Of a stretch of DNA of 64,000 nucleotides, positions 21,499 through 31,360 are shown piece by piece. Source of the DNA: Alphaproteobacteria bacterium (lineage in GTDB: Bacteria > Pseudomonadota > Alphaproteobacteria > UBA828); the NCBI GenBank assembly GCA_963667785.2, contig CAXXMU010000001.1, forward strand, positions 640,001 through 704,000, written 5' to 3'. Each line of letters begins with the position of its first letter. Positions within the stretch are counted from its first letter, which is position 1. The notes beneath the pieces are model-generated. The model saw nothing but the letters and a program-made list of their open reading frames with translations. It did no database searches and had not been told where the DNA came from. Both the position numbers and the translations under genes were made by a program.

Positions 21499-21707
21499 GC
21501 CGGGGCGTTCCGCTCCCCGTCATGGTCACGGTCTCCGTCGCCGGTGCCGCGCCGCCGGCGGGCTGTCGCCTCCAGGGTCCTCAGCGCCGCCTCGCGCGCG
21601 CGCATGGCGCGAAGGCTCTGCACGAGCAGCGCGATCATGATCGCAGCGGCAGCGCCGAATGCCGGCCATACGTAGGCGGCGTAGCCGCCCATCTCGAAAA
21701 ACGACAT
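21495..21707 (-). CDS. ccmD: Heme exporter protein CcmD
   Basis: FFEMGGYAAYVWPAFG plus TM helix and basic tail; overlaps the ccmE start. Confidence 0.9.
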   Translation of the reverse strand: MSFFEMGGYAAYVWPAFGAAAAIMIALLVQSLRAMRAREAALRTLEATARRRRGTGDGDRDHDGERNAPA

Positions 21708-21835
21708 CGCCCCGCGCCCGCCCGCTGCCGGCGGCGCTCCAAAGCGCGCGCCCGGCCGCTCGTGTCATCCGGCCATAGTGTGGGGCCGTCATGCGCCGAT
21801 ATCAAGGCGCCGCCCGGCCTCGAGCCTACGCCCTG

Positions 21836-21869
21836 CGCCGACCATGACCTTGGTGGGAAATGCGGGCTA
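21836..21869 (-). repeat. Solo copy of the MITE terminal repeat
   Basis: 31/34 identical to the reverse complement of 61528-61561. Confidence 0.75.
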
Positions 21870-21909
21870 GACTGGCCGGCAGGCGAGTCGTCGATTGGGG
21901 AGGCGCGGA

Positions 21910-22323
21910 ATGGCCTACTGGCTCTTGAAGTCGGAACCCGGATGCTGGTCGTGGGACGATCAGGTGCGCGAGGGCGTCAGCGAGTGGGACGGCGTGCGCA
22001 ACCATCAGGCCAACAACAACATGAAGGCCATGAAGAGCGGCGACCGCTGCTTCTTCTACCACTCGGTCAACGCCAAGGAGATCGTCGGCGTCGTCGAGGT
22101 GGTGAAGGAGCACTATCCCGATCCGACCGATGCCAGCGGGCGCTTCGGCATGGTCGACGTCAAGGCCGTGGTCCCGGTGGACCAGCCGGTCTCGCTGAAG
22201 CAGATCAAGGAAGACCCGCTGCTGCGGGAGATGCAGCTCGTCCGCCAGTCGCGGCTCTCGGTGTGCCCGGTGAGCGCGGCCGAGTGGCGGCGCATCTGCA
22301 CCCTGGCCGGGATCGCCGCCTGA
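21910..22323 (+). CDS. EVE domain protein
   Basis: YWLLKSEP, WDGVRNHQA, FFYHS, SRLSV. Confidence 0.93.
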   Translation: MAYWLLKSEPGCWSWDDQVREGVSEWDGVRNHQANNNMKAMKSGDRCFFYHSVNAKEIVGVVEVVKEHYPDPTDASGRFGMVDVKAVVPVDQPVSLKQIKEDPLLREMQLVRQSRLSVCPVSAAEWRRICTLAGIAA

Positions 22324-22342
22324 CTCCGGGCGCTTTCCGCGC

Positions 22343-23383
22343 TCAGGCGCCCTGCCTGCGCGCAGCCCGCGCGACGCGGAGAAGGGCCTGCCAGCAGATG
22401 GCGGCGGGCACGCTGCCGGCCACCTTGCAATCGCGCTCGGCACGGGTCAGCAGCCCCAGTGCGCCGGCCGCACGCGCGCTCGGCCAGCGCGTCATCTCGT
22501 CGGCGAAGGCGGCCTTCTCCCTGGCGAAGACCGGCGGCTTGAGAGCACCCATCGCGTCCGCCCGGCTGGCACCGCGCTCATGGGCGGCAACGGCGAGGTG
22601 GAGGCGGGCGAAGCGGCGACCGGCGGCGCGGAGGATCGTGACCGGTTGAACGCCGCCGTAGAACGCGCGGGTCAACGCCCGGTCGAGCCGCTCGAGGTCG
22701 CCCGCCGCCGCGAATCGCGCGACCATGTCGGCCGATGCGTCTGTCGCATCGCCGATGCAGGCCTCGGCCGCCTCGGCCGTGAGCTCGGCGCCTTCCTGTC
22801 CGGTATCGCCGAGATAGACCGCGAGCTTCTCGATCTCGCTCTCGATCTGGCGGCGGTCGCTGCCGAGCCGCTCGGCGAGCCAGCCCGCGGTCTCGGGCGC
22901 GACGCGCAGGTTCCGCTCCCCGCAGAAGGTCTCGATCAGCCGCGCGGCGCCGTCTGCGCTCTCGTCGTAGCAGGGGATGGCGGCAAGGCTCGCCTCCTGC
23001 TCGCAGAGGCGCCGCAGGCCCGAGCGCGGGGTGAGCGGGCCCGCCTCCGCGATCACCAGGCTGTCTGTGGCCGGCAGCGCGAGGCAGGAGCGGATCGCCG
23101 GCACCACCGCCTCGCTTGCCCCGCGCAGACGTACGGCGCGCCGGCCGCCGGTCAGCGAGAGCGCCGCCGCCTCGTCGGCGAGCCGGCCCGGCTCGTCGCG
23201 CAGCAGCGCCGGATCCAGGCTGGTGACGCGGAACGGGTCGTTCGGATCTTCGGCGACGGCGCGCACGCAGGCCTCGGCGCGGGCGCGCACCAGGCCCTCG
23301 TTGGCACCGTAGATCAGAACCAGCCGGACGCCCGCATCCGGCGCGGCGCAGAAGCGATCGGCGCGTGCCGCCGGAACCTTCAC
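22343..23383 (-). CDS. holA: DNA polymerase III delta subunit
   Basis: VLIYGANEGLV, IPCY, SEIEKLAVY, PPVF; downstream of leuS-lptE. Confidence 0.9.
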   Translation of the reverse strand: MKVPAARADRFCAAPDAGVRLVLIYGANEGLVRARAEACVRAVAEDPNDPFRVTSLDPALLRDEPGRLADEAAALSLTGGRRAVRLRGASEAVVPAIRSCLALPATDSLVIAEAGPLTPRSGLRRLCEQEASLAAIPCYDESADGAARLIETFCGERNLRVAPETAGWLAERLGSDRRQIESEIEKLAVYLGDTGQEGAELTAEAAEACIGDATDASADMVARFAAAGDLERLDRALTRAFYGGVQPVTILRAAGRRFARLHLAVAAHERGASRADAMGALKPPVFAREKAAFADEMTRWPSARAAGALGLLTRAERDCKVAGSVPAAICWQALLRVARAARRQGA

Positions 23384-23420
23384 GGCGTCCCGCCCGTCGG
23401 AAGGCGCGACCGCCGGCGCC

Positions 23421-23966
23421 TCATGGCACGAGGTGCAGCAGCACCAGCGTGGCGATTTCCTCGCTCAGCACCCGTGCCGCCTCGTCGGCGGCGTCTCGCT
23501 CCGCCGTCACGGTGGCGAAGCCGGACACGGAGACGTTGAAGCTGCCGATCGACTTGGCGGTGCCGCTGTAGATCTCGTGCCCATCCCGGTCGGCGAGGGA
23601 GAACGAGGCCCGGAGCGTCAGATTGAACCGGGTCGCGTGGTCGTCGAGCTGGATCAGGAGCGGCGTCTCGGTCTGCTCGACCGCGAGCGTCAGCCGGTAC
23701 TCGGGCCATGCCGGCGGCCCATCTGGGGTGAACCTGTCGATCAGGTGGTTGCGCACGACGTGGGCGATTCGCTCCTTGACCGGCACGACTTCGATCCCCG
23801 CCGCGCGGGCGTGCAGGCCGCCGCTGTCGCGGCGGGCATAGAGCGGCTCCAACGTGCAGGCGCCGAGAACGGCGCCGAGGAGCAGGACGGCGAAGACGAC
23901 GGTGAGAAGCGGCCCGTGACCTGCGCGCGCCGGGCGCCCGCGCCCGGCCCGCTCAGGTGACGACAT
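23421..23966 (-). CDS. lptE: LPS assembly lipoprotein LptE
   Basis: LGAC lipobox followed by EPLY; conserved leuS-lptE-holA position. Confidence 0.82.
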   Translation of the reverse strand: MSSPERAGRGRPARAGHGPLLTVVFAVLLLGAVLGACTLEPLYARRDSGGLHARAAGIEVVPVKERIAHVVRNHLIDRFTPDGPPAWPEYRLTLAVEQTETPLLIQLDDHATRFNLTLRASFSLADRDGHEIYSGTAKSIGSFNVSVSGFATVTAERDAADEAARVLSEEIATLVLLHLVP

Positions 23967-26520
23967 TGACGATCCGCCCGGGGACGACGATCACCTTGCG
24001 CACGGCGCGGCCGGCCAGTGCCCGGCGCACGCCGCCGTCGGCCATCGCCGCGTTCTCCGCCTCCGCCCGGTCGTGATCCGCCGGAAGCGAGATGGTCGCG
24101 CGCTTGCGACCGTCGACCTGGACGGCGACGACCACGACGTCGTCGGCAAGCAGCGCGGCCTCCGCTTCGGGCCAGGGCTCGCGCGCAAGCCAGCTCTCGT
24201 GCCCGAGCCGGCGCCAGGCCTCCTCGGCGAGGTGGGGCACGATCGGGGCCAGCAGGCGGACGGCGCTCTCGAGGCCCTCGCGCATCACGTGGCCTGCGCC
24301 GGGCCGGTCCTCGATGGCCGAGAGCGCGTTGGTCAGCTCCCTGATCCGCGCCACCGCGCGGTTGAAGCGGAAGCGCTCCAGATCCTCGGTCACGCCCGCG
24401 ATGGTCTTGTGGGTCGTCCGACGTAGCTCGCGCAACTGCGGATCGAGAGCGCCGGGGCCCGGCATCGCGGCGCCGACGGGCGAGAGGGCGACAGGCGGGG
24501 ACGCGACCAGGCGCCAGAGCGCCGCGATGTAGCGCCACGCCCCCTTGACGCCGGTGTCGGTCCATTCCAGGTCGCGCTCGGGTGGGCTGTCGGAGAGCAT
24601 GAAGAGCCGCGCCGTATCGGCGCCGTAGGCCTCGATGATCGCCTCGGGATCGACGGTGTTCCGCTTGGACTTGCTCATTGCCTCCGAGCGGCCGGCGACG
24701 ACCGGGCGCCCGTCCTCGCGCGCCACCAGCTCGCCCGCGCGGGTCTCGACCTCGTCCGGGTAGTACCAGCGGCCGTCGGCGTCGCGATAGGTCTCGTGGC
24801 ACACCATGCCCTGGGTGAAGAGGCCGGCGAACGGCTCGTCGATGTCGAGATAGCCGCAGAGCTTGAGCGCCTTGGTGAAGAAGCGGGAATAGAGCAGGTG
24901 CAGCACCGCGTGCTCGATGCCGCCGATATACTGGTCGACCGGCAGCCACGGCGCGACCTCGTCCTCCGGCAGCGGGACGTCGGCGCGGGCCGCGCAGAAG
25001 CGCGCGAAATACCAGGACGAATCAACGAACGTGTCCATCGTGTCGGTGTCCCTCGCCGCGGCGGCGCCGCAGCGGGGGCAGGCGGTATGCTTCCACGCGG
25101 GATGGCGGTCGAGCGGGTTGCCGGGCACGTCGAAGGTCACGTCCTCCGGCAGGCGCACCGGCAGCGCCTCGCGCGGCACCGGCACCACGCCGCAATCCTC
25201 GCAGTGCACCACCGGAATCGGGCAGCCCCAGTAGCGCTGCCGCGAGATGCCCCAGTCGCGGAGCCGATAGCTGACGGAGACGCCGCCCAGGCCCCGCTCG
25301 TCGAGCGCCGCGACCGCCCGCGCCTTGGCGTCCTCGACCGCGAGCCCGTTGAGGAAGTCCGAGTTGATCGCCGTGCCGTCGCCCGTGTAGGCCTCGTCGC
25401 CGATCGTCACCGCGTCGACCTCCGTGTCCGGCGGGCACACCACGGGGATGACCGGCAGCCCCTGGCTGCGGGCGAAGTCGAGATCGCGCTGGTCGTGGGC
25501 GGGACAGCCGAAGATCGCGCCGGTGCCGTAGTCCATGAGCACGAAATTGGCGACGTAGAGGGGCAGCGTGCGGTCCGTCTCGAAGGGATGACGGACCTTG
25601 ACCCCGGTGTCGTATCCGCGCTTGCCCGCCGCCTCGATGTCGCGCTCGCCGATGCCGGCCAGGTTGCACTCGGCGATGAACGCGGCGAGCGCCGGATCGG
25701 CGCCGGCGAGCGCCGTCGCCAGCGGGTGGTTGGGTGAGAGCGCGCAGAAGGACGCGCCGAACAGCGTGTCGGGGCGGGTGGTGAAGACCTCCAGCGCCTC
25801 GTCGCGGCCCTCGATGGGGAACAGGATCCGCGCACCCTCGGAACGCCCGATCCAGTTGCGCTGCATCAGCCGCACCTTGTCGGGCCAGCGCGGCAGCTCG
25901 TCCAGCGCCTCCAGCAGCTCGTCGGCGAAGCGGGTGATGCGGAAGAACCATTGCGCCAGCCGCCGCTTCTCCACCACCGCGCCCGAGCGCCAGCCGCGCC
26001 CGTCGACCACCTGCTCGTTGGCCAGCACGGTCCCGTCGACCGGGTCCCAGTTGACCCACGCCTCCTTGCGCTCGACCAGCCCCGCCTCGAAGAAATCGAG
26101 GAAGAGCGCCTGCTGATGCTCGTAGTAGCCGGGGTGGCAGGTGGCGAATTCGCGCTCCCAGTCGATGGAGAGCCCCATCAGCTGCAGCTGCCCGCGCATC
26201 GTCGCGACATTGGCGTAGGTCCACTCGGCGGGATGGACGCCGCGCTCGAACGCCGCGTTCTCCGCCGGCAGGCCGAAGGCATCCCAGCCCATGGGATGCA
26301 GCACGTCGTATCCCCGGGCGCGCTTGTAGCGGGCGACGACGTCGCCCATCGTGTAGTTGCGCACGTGCCCCATGTGGATGCGGCCCGAGGGATAGGGGAA
26401 CATTTCGAGGACGTAGTAGGTCGGGCGCTCGCCGCTGAGCTCCGCCCGGAACAGCCCCGCCTCCTCCCAGGCGGCCTGCCACCTGGCCTCGACGGCCTGC
26501 GCGTCGTAACGCTCGCTCAT
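23953..26520 (-). CDS. leuS: Leucine--tRNA ligase
   Basis: [13 protein letters not shown] (HIGH), AMSKS (KMSKS), editing domain. Confidence 0.98.
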   Translation of the reverse strand: MSERYDAQAVEARWQAAWEEAGLFRAELSGERPTYYVLEMFPYPSGRIHMGHVRNYTMGDVVARYKRARGYDVLHPMGWDAFGLPAENAAFERGVHPAEWTYANVATMRGQLQLMGLSIDWEREFATCHPGYYEHQQALFLDFFEAGLVERKEAWVNWDPVDGTVLANEQVVDGRGWRSGAVVEKRRLAQWFFRITRFADELLEALDELPRWPDKVRLMQRNWIGRSEGARILFPIEGRDEALEVFTTRPDTLFGASFCALSPNHPLATALAGADPALAAFIAECNLAGIGERDIEAAGKRGYDTGVKVRHPFETDRTLPLYVANFVLMDYGTGAIFGCPAHDQRDLDFARSQGLPVIPVVCPPDTEVDAVTIGDEAYTGDGTAINSDFLNGLAVEDAKARAVAALDERGLGGVSVSYRLRDWGISRQRYWGCPIPVVHCEDCGVVPVPREALPVRLPEDVTFDVPGNPLDRHPAWKHTACPRCGAAAARDTDTMDTFVDSSWYFARFCAARADVPLPEDEVAPWLPVDQYIGGIEHAVLHLLYSRFFTKALKLCGYLDIDEPFAGLFTQGMVCHETYRDADGRWYYPDEVETRAGELVAREDGRPVVAGRSEAMSKSKRNTVDPEAIIEAYGADTARLFMLSDSPPERDLEWTDTGVKGAWRYIAALWRLVASPPVALSPVGAAMPGPGALDPQLRELRRTTHKTIAGVTEDLERFRFNRAVARIRELTNALSAIEDRPGAGHVMREGLESAVRLLAPIVPHLAEEAWRRLGHESWLAREPWPEAEAALLADDVVVVAVQVDGRKRATISLPADHDRAEAENAAMADGGVRRALAGRAVRKVIVVPGRIVNVVT

Positions 26521-26633
26521 CGGCCCCGCTCGCTCCTTTGTCCCGGCCGGTGTCGGAGGGCGGCGCCCCTATAGCATGACGGGAGGATCGGTGCAGCCGC
26601 GCCGCATGCGCCAGGCGGCGGGGGCCCCGGCCT

Positions 26634-27152
26634 CTACTCGAGGAGCGAGACGGTGCGCAACTGGCGGGCGCGCTCGAGAATCTTGTTTTCGAGGCTGAGC
26701 GCGGTGTCCGGGCTCGTGGAGCTGTCCTCCCACTGGCCGCCGTCCGCGCGCTCCTGACGGAAGACGGAGACCCGCACGGCATCCGCGCGCAGCGCCCGGT
26801 CCAGGATGTAGACGGTCATCTTGAAGCGCTCGTCGGGAGTCTCCGGCGGGGCGTACCAGTCGGTGATGATGACGCCGCCGAAGGGATCGGCCGAGAGCAG
26901 GGGCATGAAGGCGATGGTGTCGATGCTCCCGCGCCAGAGGAAGCTGTTGACCCCGAGCCCGCTCACTGGCTCATCGTCCGGGGCGCCCAGCAGCGTGATG
27001 CCGCCGGGGCCGAAGATGCTGCCGCTATCCTGCGGGACACGGGGATCCCTGGTCGGGTCTTCGGGCGTCGTGCCGCCCTCGCAGCCCGCCACCGCCAGAG
27101 CCAGAACGAGGGCCGCCGCGCACGGCCCCGCACCGCTAAAGAACCGCTTCAT
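26634..27152 (-). CDS. DUF3576-family lipoprotein
   Basis: VAGC lipobox; GVNSFLWRGS..FMPLLSADPFGGVIITDWY; typical leuS neighbour. Confidence 0.85.
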   Translation of the reverse strand: MKRFFSGAGPCAAALVLALAVAGCEGGTTPEDPTRDPRVPQDSGSIFGPGGITLLGAPDDEPVSGLGVNSFLWRGSIDTIAFMPLLSADPFGGVIITDWYAPPETPDERFKMTVYILDRALRADAVRVSVFRQERADGGQWEDSSTSPDTALSLENKILERARQLRTVSLLE

Positions 27153-27271
27153 GTCAACTGCCTGCATCGAACGCACATGGCCGGCCCTTGTAGCACGAGG
27201 CGCGCGGACGCCGCAGCAGATTCGGGAGAAAACGCCGGAACGGCGGCGCGGGACGCATCGTCGCCGCGTCG

Positions 27272-28828
27272 CTAGGCCGCGCCCACCCACTCGGCCACCC
27301 GCTCGGCGATCAGCGTCACGGTCGCCGCCGTGTTGGCCCGGACGATCGTGGGCATGACCGAGGCATCGGCGAGCCAGAGCCGCCCGATCCCGTGAACCCG
27401 GCAGCGCGCATCGACCACCGCGCCGTCGTCCGCCGGCCCCATGCGGCACGAGCCCGAGGCATGGGCCGCCGTCACCGACGCCCGTAGCCAGCGATCAAGC
27501 GCCTCGTCGCTCGCCAGCGTCTCGTCATCCGGCGCGACCCGGGCTGCGACGTGCGCGCGGTAGGCGGGCTGCTCGGTAAGCTCGATCCCGAGCCGCACGG
27601 CTTCGCGCATGCGCGCGAGGTCCCACGCATCGTCCAGAAACCGGAAGGCGATGGCCGGGTCGGCATCCGGGTCCGCCGAGGCGAGCGACACCCGGCCTGC
27701 CCCGCGCGGGGCGCGGAGCGACACCGCGACGTTGGTGCCTACGAAGGGCTCGTCGCCGAAGCCGTACTGGCTCGCATCGGCGCTCACCGGCGAGAACGGC
27801 AGGTAGTGGAGATCGAGGCGCGCGTCCGATCCGGGTGCCGTTGTCCTGAGCCCGACCTGCAGCACCGGCGCCGTGTCGTCGGGCGTGGTCTCGCTCGACC
27901 GGAACACCAGGTTGACCAGCGGGTGGTCCTGAAGGTTCTCGCCGACGCCGGGCAGGTCGCGGACCACCGGTATGCCAAGCGGCTCGAGTTCCGCCGCGGG
28001 CCCGATGCCGGAGAGCATCAGAAGCTGCGGGGTCGCGAAGGAGCCGGCGCAGACGATGACCGCGCCCGCATCGAAGCGGACCGATTCCCCCGCCACGAGC
28101 GCCTCCACGCCCTGCGCCTCGCCGCCGGTCACGACGATCCGCCGAACCTGCACGTCGCCCTTGACGGTCAGGTTGGCGCGGCCGCGCGCCGCCGCCAGAT
28201 AGCTCGTCGCCGTGCTGACCCTTACGCCGTCCACGACGTTGAAGGGGAAGCAGCCGACGCCGCCGGTCGAGCGGGGGCTGTTCATGTCCGCGTCGTGGGC
28301 GAACCCGGCGGTACGGCAGCTCTCGCCGAAGGCGGCCTGGATCGGGTGGAGGGACGCGGCGGGATGACGCCGGACCGGCAGGGGGCCGGCCGTGCCGTGG
28401 TCCTCGTCGGGGAAATCCAGGTCGGTTTCCATCCGCCGCAGATAGGGCAGCACGTCGGCGAAGCCCCAGCCTTGGCAACCCTGCGCGACCCAGCCGTCAT
28501 AGTCCTCCGGCAGGCCGCGCAGGTGCACGCGGCCGTCGATCGCCGCGGTGCCGCCGACCAGCTTGCCGCGCGGGAAGAGCACCATCTCGTCCCGCTGCGC
28601 GTCGTTGGGAACGGCCGCATGCAGCCAGACCAGCCCGCTGCGGATGGCGAGGCCGGAATTGTGGCCGTTCCTGATCTCCGCCGGCAGCGCGTCCGGGTCG
28701 GGGAAGTCGGGGCCGGCCTCGAGCAGCAGCACCGAGCGAGACGCGTTCTCGGAAAGGCGCGCAGCGAGGACGCACCCCGCCGTCCCACCGCCGACCACGA
28801 TCGCGTCGAAGCCCGTGCCGCCGCTCAC
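27272..28828 (-). CDS. GMC-family FAD oxidoreductase (choline dehydrogenase-like)
   Basis: GGGTAG Rossmann, GVGENLQDH, AHASGSCRMG, DASVMP..RANT. Confidence 0.9.
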   Translation of the reverse strand: MSGGTGFDAIVVGGGTAGCVLAARLSENASRSVLLLEAGPDFPDPDALPAEIRNGHNSGLAIRSGLVWLHAAVPNDAQRDEMVLFPRGKLVGGTAAIDGRVHLRGLPEDYDGWVAQGCQGWGFADVLPYLRRMETDLDFPDEDHGTAGPLPVRRHPAASLHPIQAAFGESCRTAGFAHDADMNSPRSTGGVGCFPFNVVDGVRVSTATSYLAAARGRANLTVKGDVQVRRIVVTGGEAQGVEALVAGESVRFDAGAVIVCAGSFATPQLLMLSGIGPAAELEPLGIPVVRDLPGVGENLQDHPLVNLVFRSSETTPDDTAPVLQVGLRTTAPGSDARLDLHYLPFSPVSADASQYGFGDEPFVGTNVAVSLRAPRGAGRVSLASADPDADPAIAFRFLDDAWDLARMREAVRLGIELTEQPAYRAHVAARVAPDDETLASDEALDRWLRASVTAAHASGSCRMGPADDGAVVDARCRVHGIGRLWLADASVMPTIVRANTAATVTLIAERVAEWVGAA

Positions 28829-28888
28829 GGGCCGCGCCCGTTCGGATGCGGCGCCGGCGGGCGAGGCGGCGCTGGTTCAGGGAGAAAC

Positions 28889-28962
28889 TGGAGGCCGAGG
28901 CCGGAATCGAACCGGCGTACACGGATTTGCAGTCCGCTGCATAGCCACTCTGCCACCCGGCC
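28889..28962 (-). tRNA. tRNA-Cys(GCA)
   Basis: GGCCGGGTGGCAGAGTGG...CTGCAAA...GGTTCGATTCC...CCA; 74-nt cloverleaf. Confidence 0.97.
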
Positions 28963-29123
28963 CAAAGGCTGATGCCCTCAGTTGCAGTCTCCGCCTCAAT
29001 TAGGCGCCGCGCGGCGGCACGGTCAACCGTCTTGATGCCGCTCCCGGACCGGACTGGCCGTGGCTGGCGGCCGGCCGGCCCGCCCGTTACACTCGGCGCC
29101 GGTTCACGGTGGGAGGGAGCAAG

Positions 29124-29834
29124 ATGACGGCCGATCAGTCACGCGACGAGGAGGTCAGGCGCGCGCTGGAGACGATCTTCGCCGCCGATTCGGAGATCTA
29201 CCAGACGCGGGGATTCCAGCGTCGCATCGGCTTCGGCACCCGGCCGGCGCTGCTCATCATCGACCTCGCCAACGCCTGGACCCGGCCCGGGCACAATTTC
29301 ACCTGCGACAACATGGAGGTCATCATCCCCGCCAATCAGAAGCTGCTGGCGGCCGCGCGGGAGAAGAACATCCCCGTGATCTACACGACCACGGCCTACC
29401 AGGACCCGACAGGGCCGCGCGCCGATACCGGGCTCTGGCACCTGAAGATTCCGGTGGAGACGCTTCGCGAGGGCTCGCCGGAGGCGGAGATCGACGAGCG
29501 TATCGCGCCGATGCCGGCGCGCGGCGAGCAGGTGATCGTCAAGAAGCGCGCGAGCGCCTTTCACGGCACCTATCTGGCGGGCTACCTCCGCGCCCAGCGG
29601 GTCGACACGGTGATCATCACCGGAGTCACCATGGCCGGGTGCGTGCGCCACTCGGCCGAGGACGCCATCGCCGAGGGCTTCCGCCCGATCGTGGTGCGCG
29701 AAGGGGTCGGCGACCGGGTGCCGGGGGTCGTCGAGTGGAACCTGTTCGACATCGACGCCAAGTTCGGCGACGTGGAGCCGGTGGAGCGCGTCCTCGCCTA
29801 CCTCGAGGAGCTCCAGGCCTTCAGCAACGAATAG
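29124..29834 (+). CDS. Isochorismatase-family cysteine hydrolase
   Basis: LIIDLA, KKRASAF, TGVTMAGCVRHS triad. Confidence 0.87.
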   Translation: MTADQSRDEEVRRALETIFAADSEIYQTRGFQRRIGFGTRPALLIIDLANAWTRPGHNFTCDNMEVIIPANQKLLAAAREKNIPVIYTTTAYQDPTGPRADTGLWHLKIPVETLREGSPEAEIDERIAPMPARGEQVIVKKRASAFHGTYLAGYLRAQRVDTVIITGVTMAGCVRHSAEDAIAEGFRPIVVREGVGDRVPGVVEWNLFDIDAKFGDVEPVERVLAYLEELQAFSNE

Positions 29835-29868
29835 GTAACGAGTTAGGCAACGGACAGGAGCGTCTCGC

Positions 29869-31293
29869 ATGGGCGCTGCCGACCTCGACCTCTGCTACAT
29901 GAGCGCCCTCGACGCGCTCGCAGCATTCAGGGCGCAGACGCTCTCGCCCGTCGAGCTGATGAAGGCGGTGATCGCCCGCTGCGAGGCGGTCAACCCGGCG
30001 CTCAACCTGGTGACCTACAGCCATTTCGACCGCGCGCTGGAGCAGGCGAAGGCGGCCGAGGCCCGCTACGGCAAGACCGACGGGAGGCTGCGCGCGCTGG
30101 AGGGGCTGCCGTTCGCGAGCAAGGACTATCACGCGATCAAGGGCGAGATCACCACCATCGGCTCCAGGATCATGGAGCACAACCGCCCGGATCACACCTA
30201 CCCGGTCACCGAGCGCCTCATGCGGGCCGGCGCCATCCTCCATATCCGCACCACGACGCCCGAGTTCGGCTATGCCGGCACCACCCACAGCCCGCTCTGG
30301 GGCGTGAGCCGCAATCCCTGGAACGCCGACTACACGCCGGGCGGCTCGTCCGGCGGCAGCGGCGGCGCCGTCGCCGCCGGCATGACCACGATCGCCGACG
30401 GCGGGGACGGCGGCGGCTCGATCCGCATCCCCGCCTCGGTCAACGGCATCTTCGGCTTCAAGCCGCCCTACGGGCGCAACCCGAACGACACCACCGCGCC
30501 CCACGCCTTCCTGGTGCAGATCGGCGTGCTGACCCGCACGGTGGCCGAATCCGCCCTGCTGCAGAATGTCGTCTCCGGGCCCCACCGGGCGGACATTGCC
30601 TCGCTCAGGACGCGCGTCCGCCTGCCGCTCTCCCACGAGGGCATCGAGGGCTGGCGTATCGCCTACTCGCCGGATCTCGGCTACGTCGAGGTCGATCCGG
30701 AGGTGCAGGAGAACGCGAGGAAGGCGGTCGACGTCTTCCGCAGCCTCGGTTGCGAGGTCGAAGAGGTCGATCTCGGCTGGACCTCGGGCGTGCTGAACCA
30801 GTATCTGCGGCTGTTCGAGGTCTTCTTCGCCAGCGGCCTGCAGGACTTCCTGCCGGAATGGCGCTACGAGATGGACCCGAGGGTCGTCGATCTCGTGGAG
30901 CGGGGCACGCGGGTCAGCGCCGTCGAGTTCGAGCGGGTCAGCCGCACGCGCGGCTGGATGTACCAGAAGCTCGCGCCGATCCTCGACGACTACGACGTCC
31001 TGATCTGCCCGACGCTTGCGGTGCCCGCGGTCAAGGCGGACCACACCAACATGGATCCCGGCTTCACCATCAACGGCAAGCCGGTCGAGCCGCATCTGGG
31101 CTGGCTGCTCACATACCCCTTCAACATGATGAACCAGTGCCCGGCCGCCAGCGTGCCGACCGGGTTCGCGCACAGCGGCGTTCCCACCGGCCTGCAAATC
31201 GTCGGCCGTACCTACGATGACGCCCGCGTGTTCCGCGCAGCGGCCGCCTTCGAGGCGGCGACGAACTGGAGCCGCCATCGCCCGCCGGTATAG
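29869..31293 (+). CDS. Amidase-signature family amidase
   Basis: SKD catalytic Lys, GGSSGGS, DGGGSIRIPAS, PTGLQIVG. Confidence 0.92.
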   Translation: MGAADLDLCYMSALDALAAFRAQTLSPVELMKAVIARCEAVNPALNLVTYSHFDRALEQAKAAEARYGKTDGRLRALEGLPFASKDYHAIKGEITTIGSRIMEHNRPDHTYPVTERLMRAGAILHIRTTTPEFGYAGTTHSPLWGVSRNPWNADYTPGGSSGGSGGAVAAGMTTIADGGDGGGSIRIPASVNGIFGFKPPYGRNPNDTTAPHAFLVQIGVLTRTVAESALLQNVVSGPHRADIASLRTRVRLPLSHEGIEGWRIAYSPDLGYVEVDPEVQENARKAVDVFRSLGCEVEEVDLGWTSGVLNQYLRLFEVFFASGLQDFLPEWRYEMDPRVVDLVERGTRVSAVEFERVSRTRGWMYQKLAPILDDYDVLICPTLAVPAVKADHTNMDPGFTINGKPVEPHLGWLLTYPFNMMNQCPAASVPTGFAHSGVPTGLQIVGRTYDDARVFRAAAAFEAATNWSRHRPPV

Positions 31294-31360
31294 TCCGCGT
31301 TTCCGCAGGGCGCGTGCAGCCGCGTCGCCCGTTCGCGCGCTCCAGCCTGTATAATGAGGC

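Noticed and set aside
27272-28828. Mycofactocin system (MftG-like GMC enzyme)
   Set aside because: Only generic GMC similarity; no mftA-F genes in the window.
28889-28962. Genomic island integrated at tRNA-Cys
   Set aside because: No duplicated tRNA 3' end or adjacent integrase found by eye.
31291-31312. TAGTCCGCGTTTC after the amidase stop as another MITE end
   Set aside because: Only 11/13 match and then diverges; could be chance.
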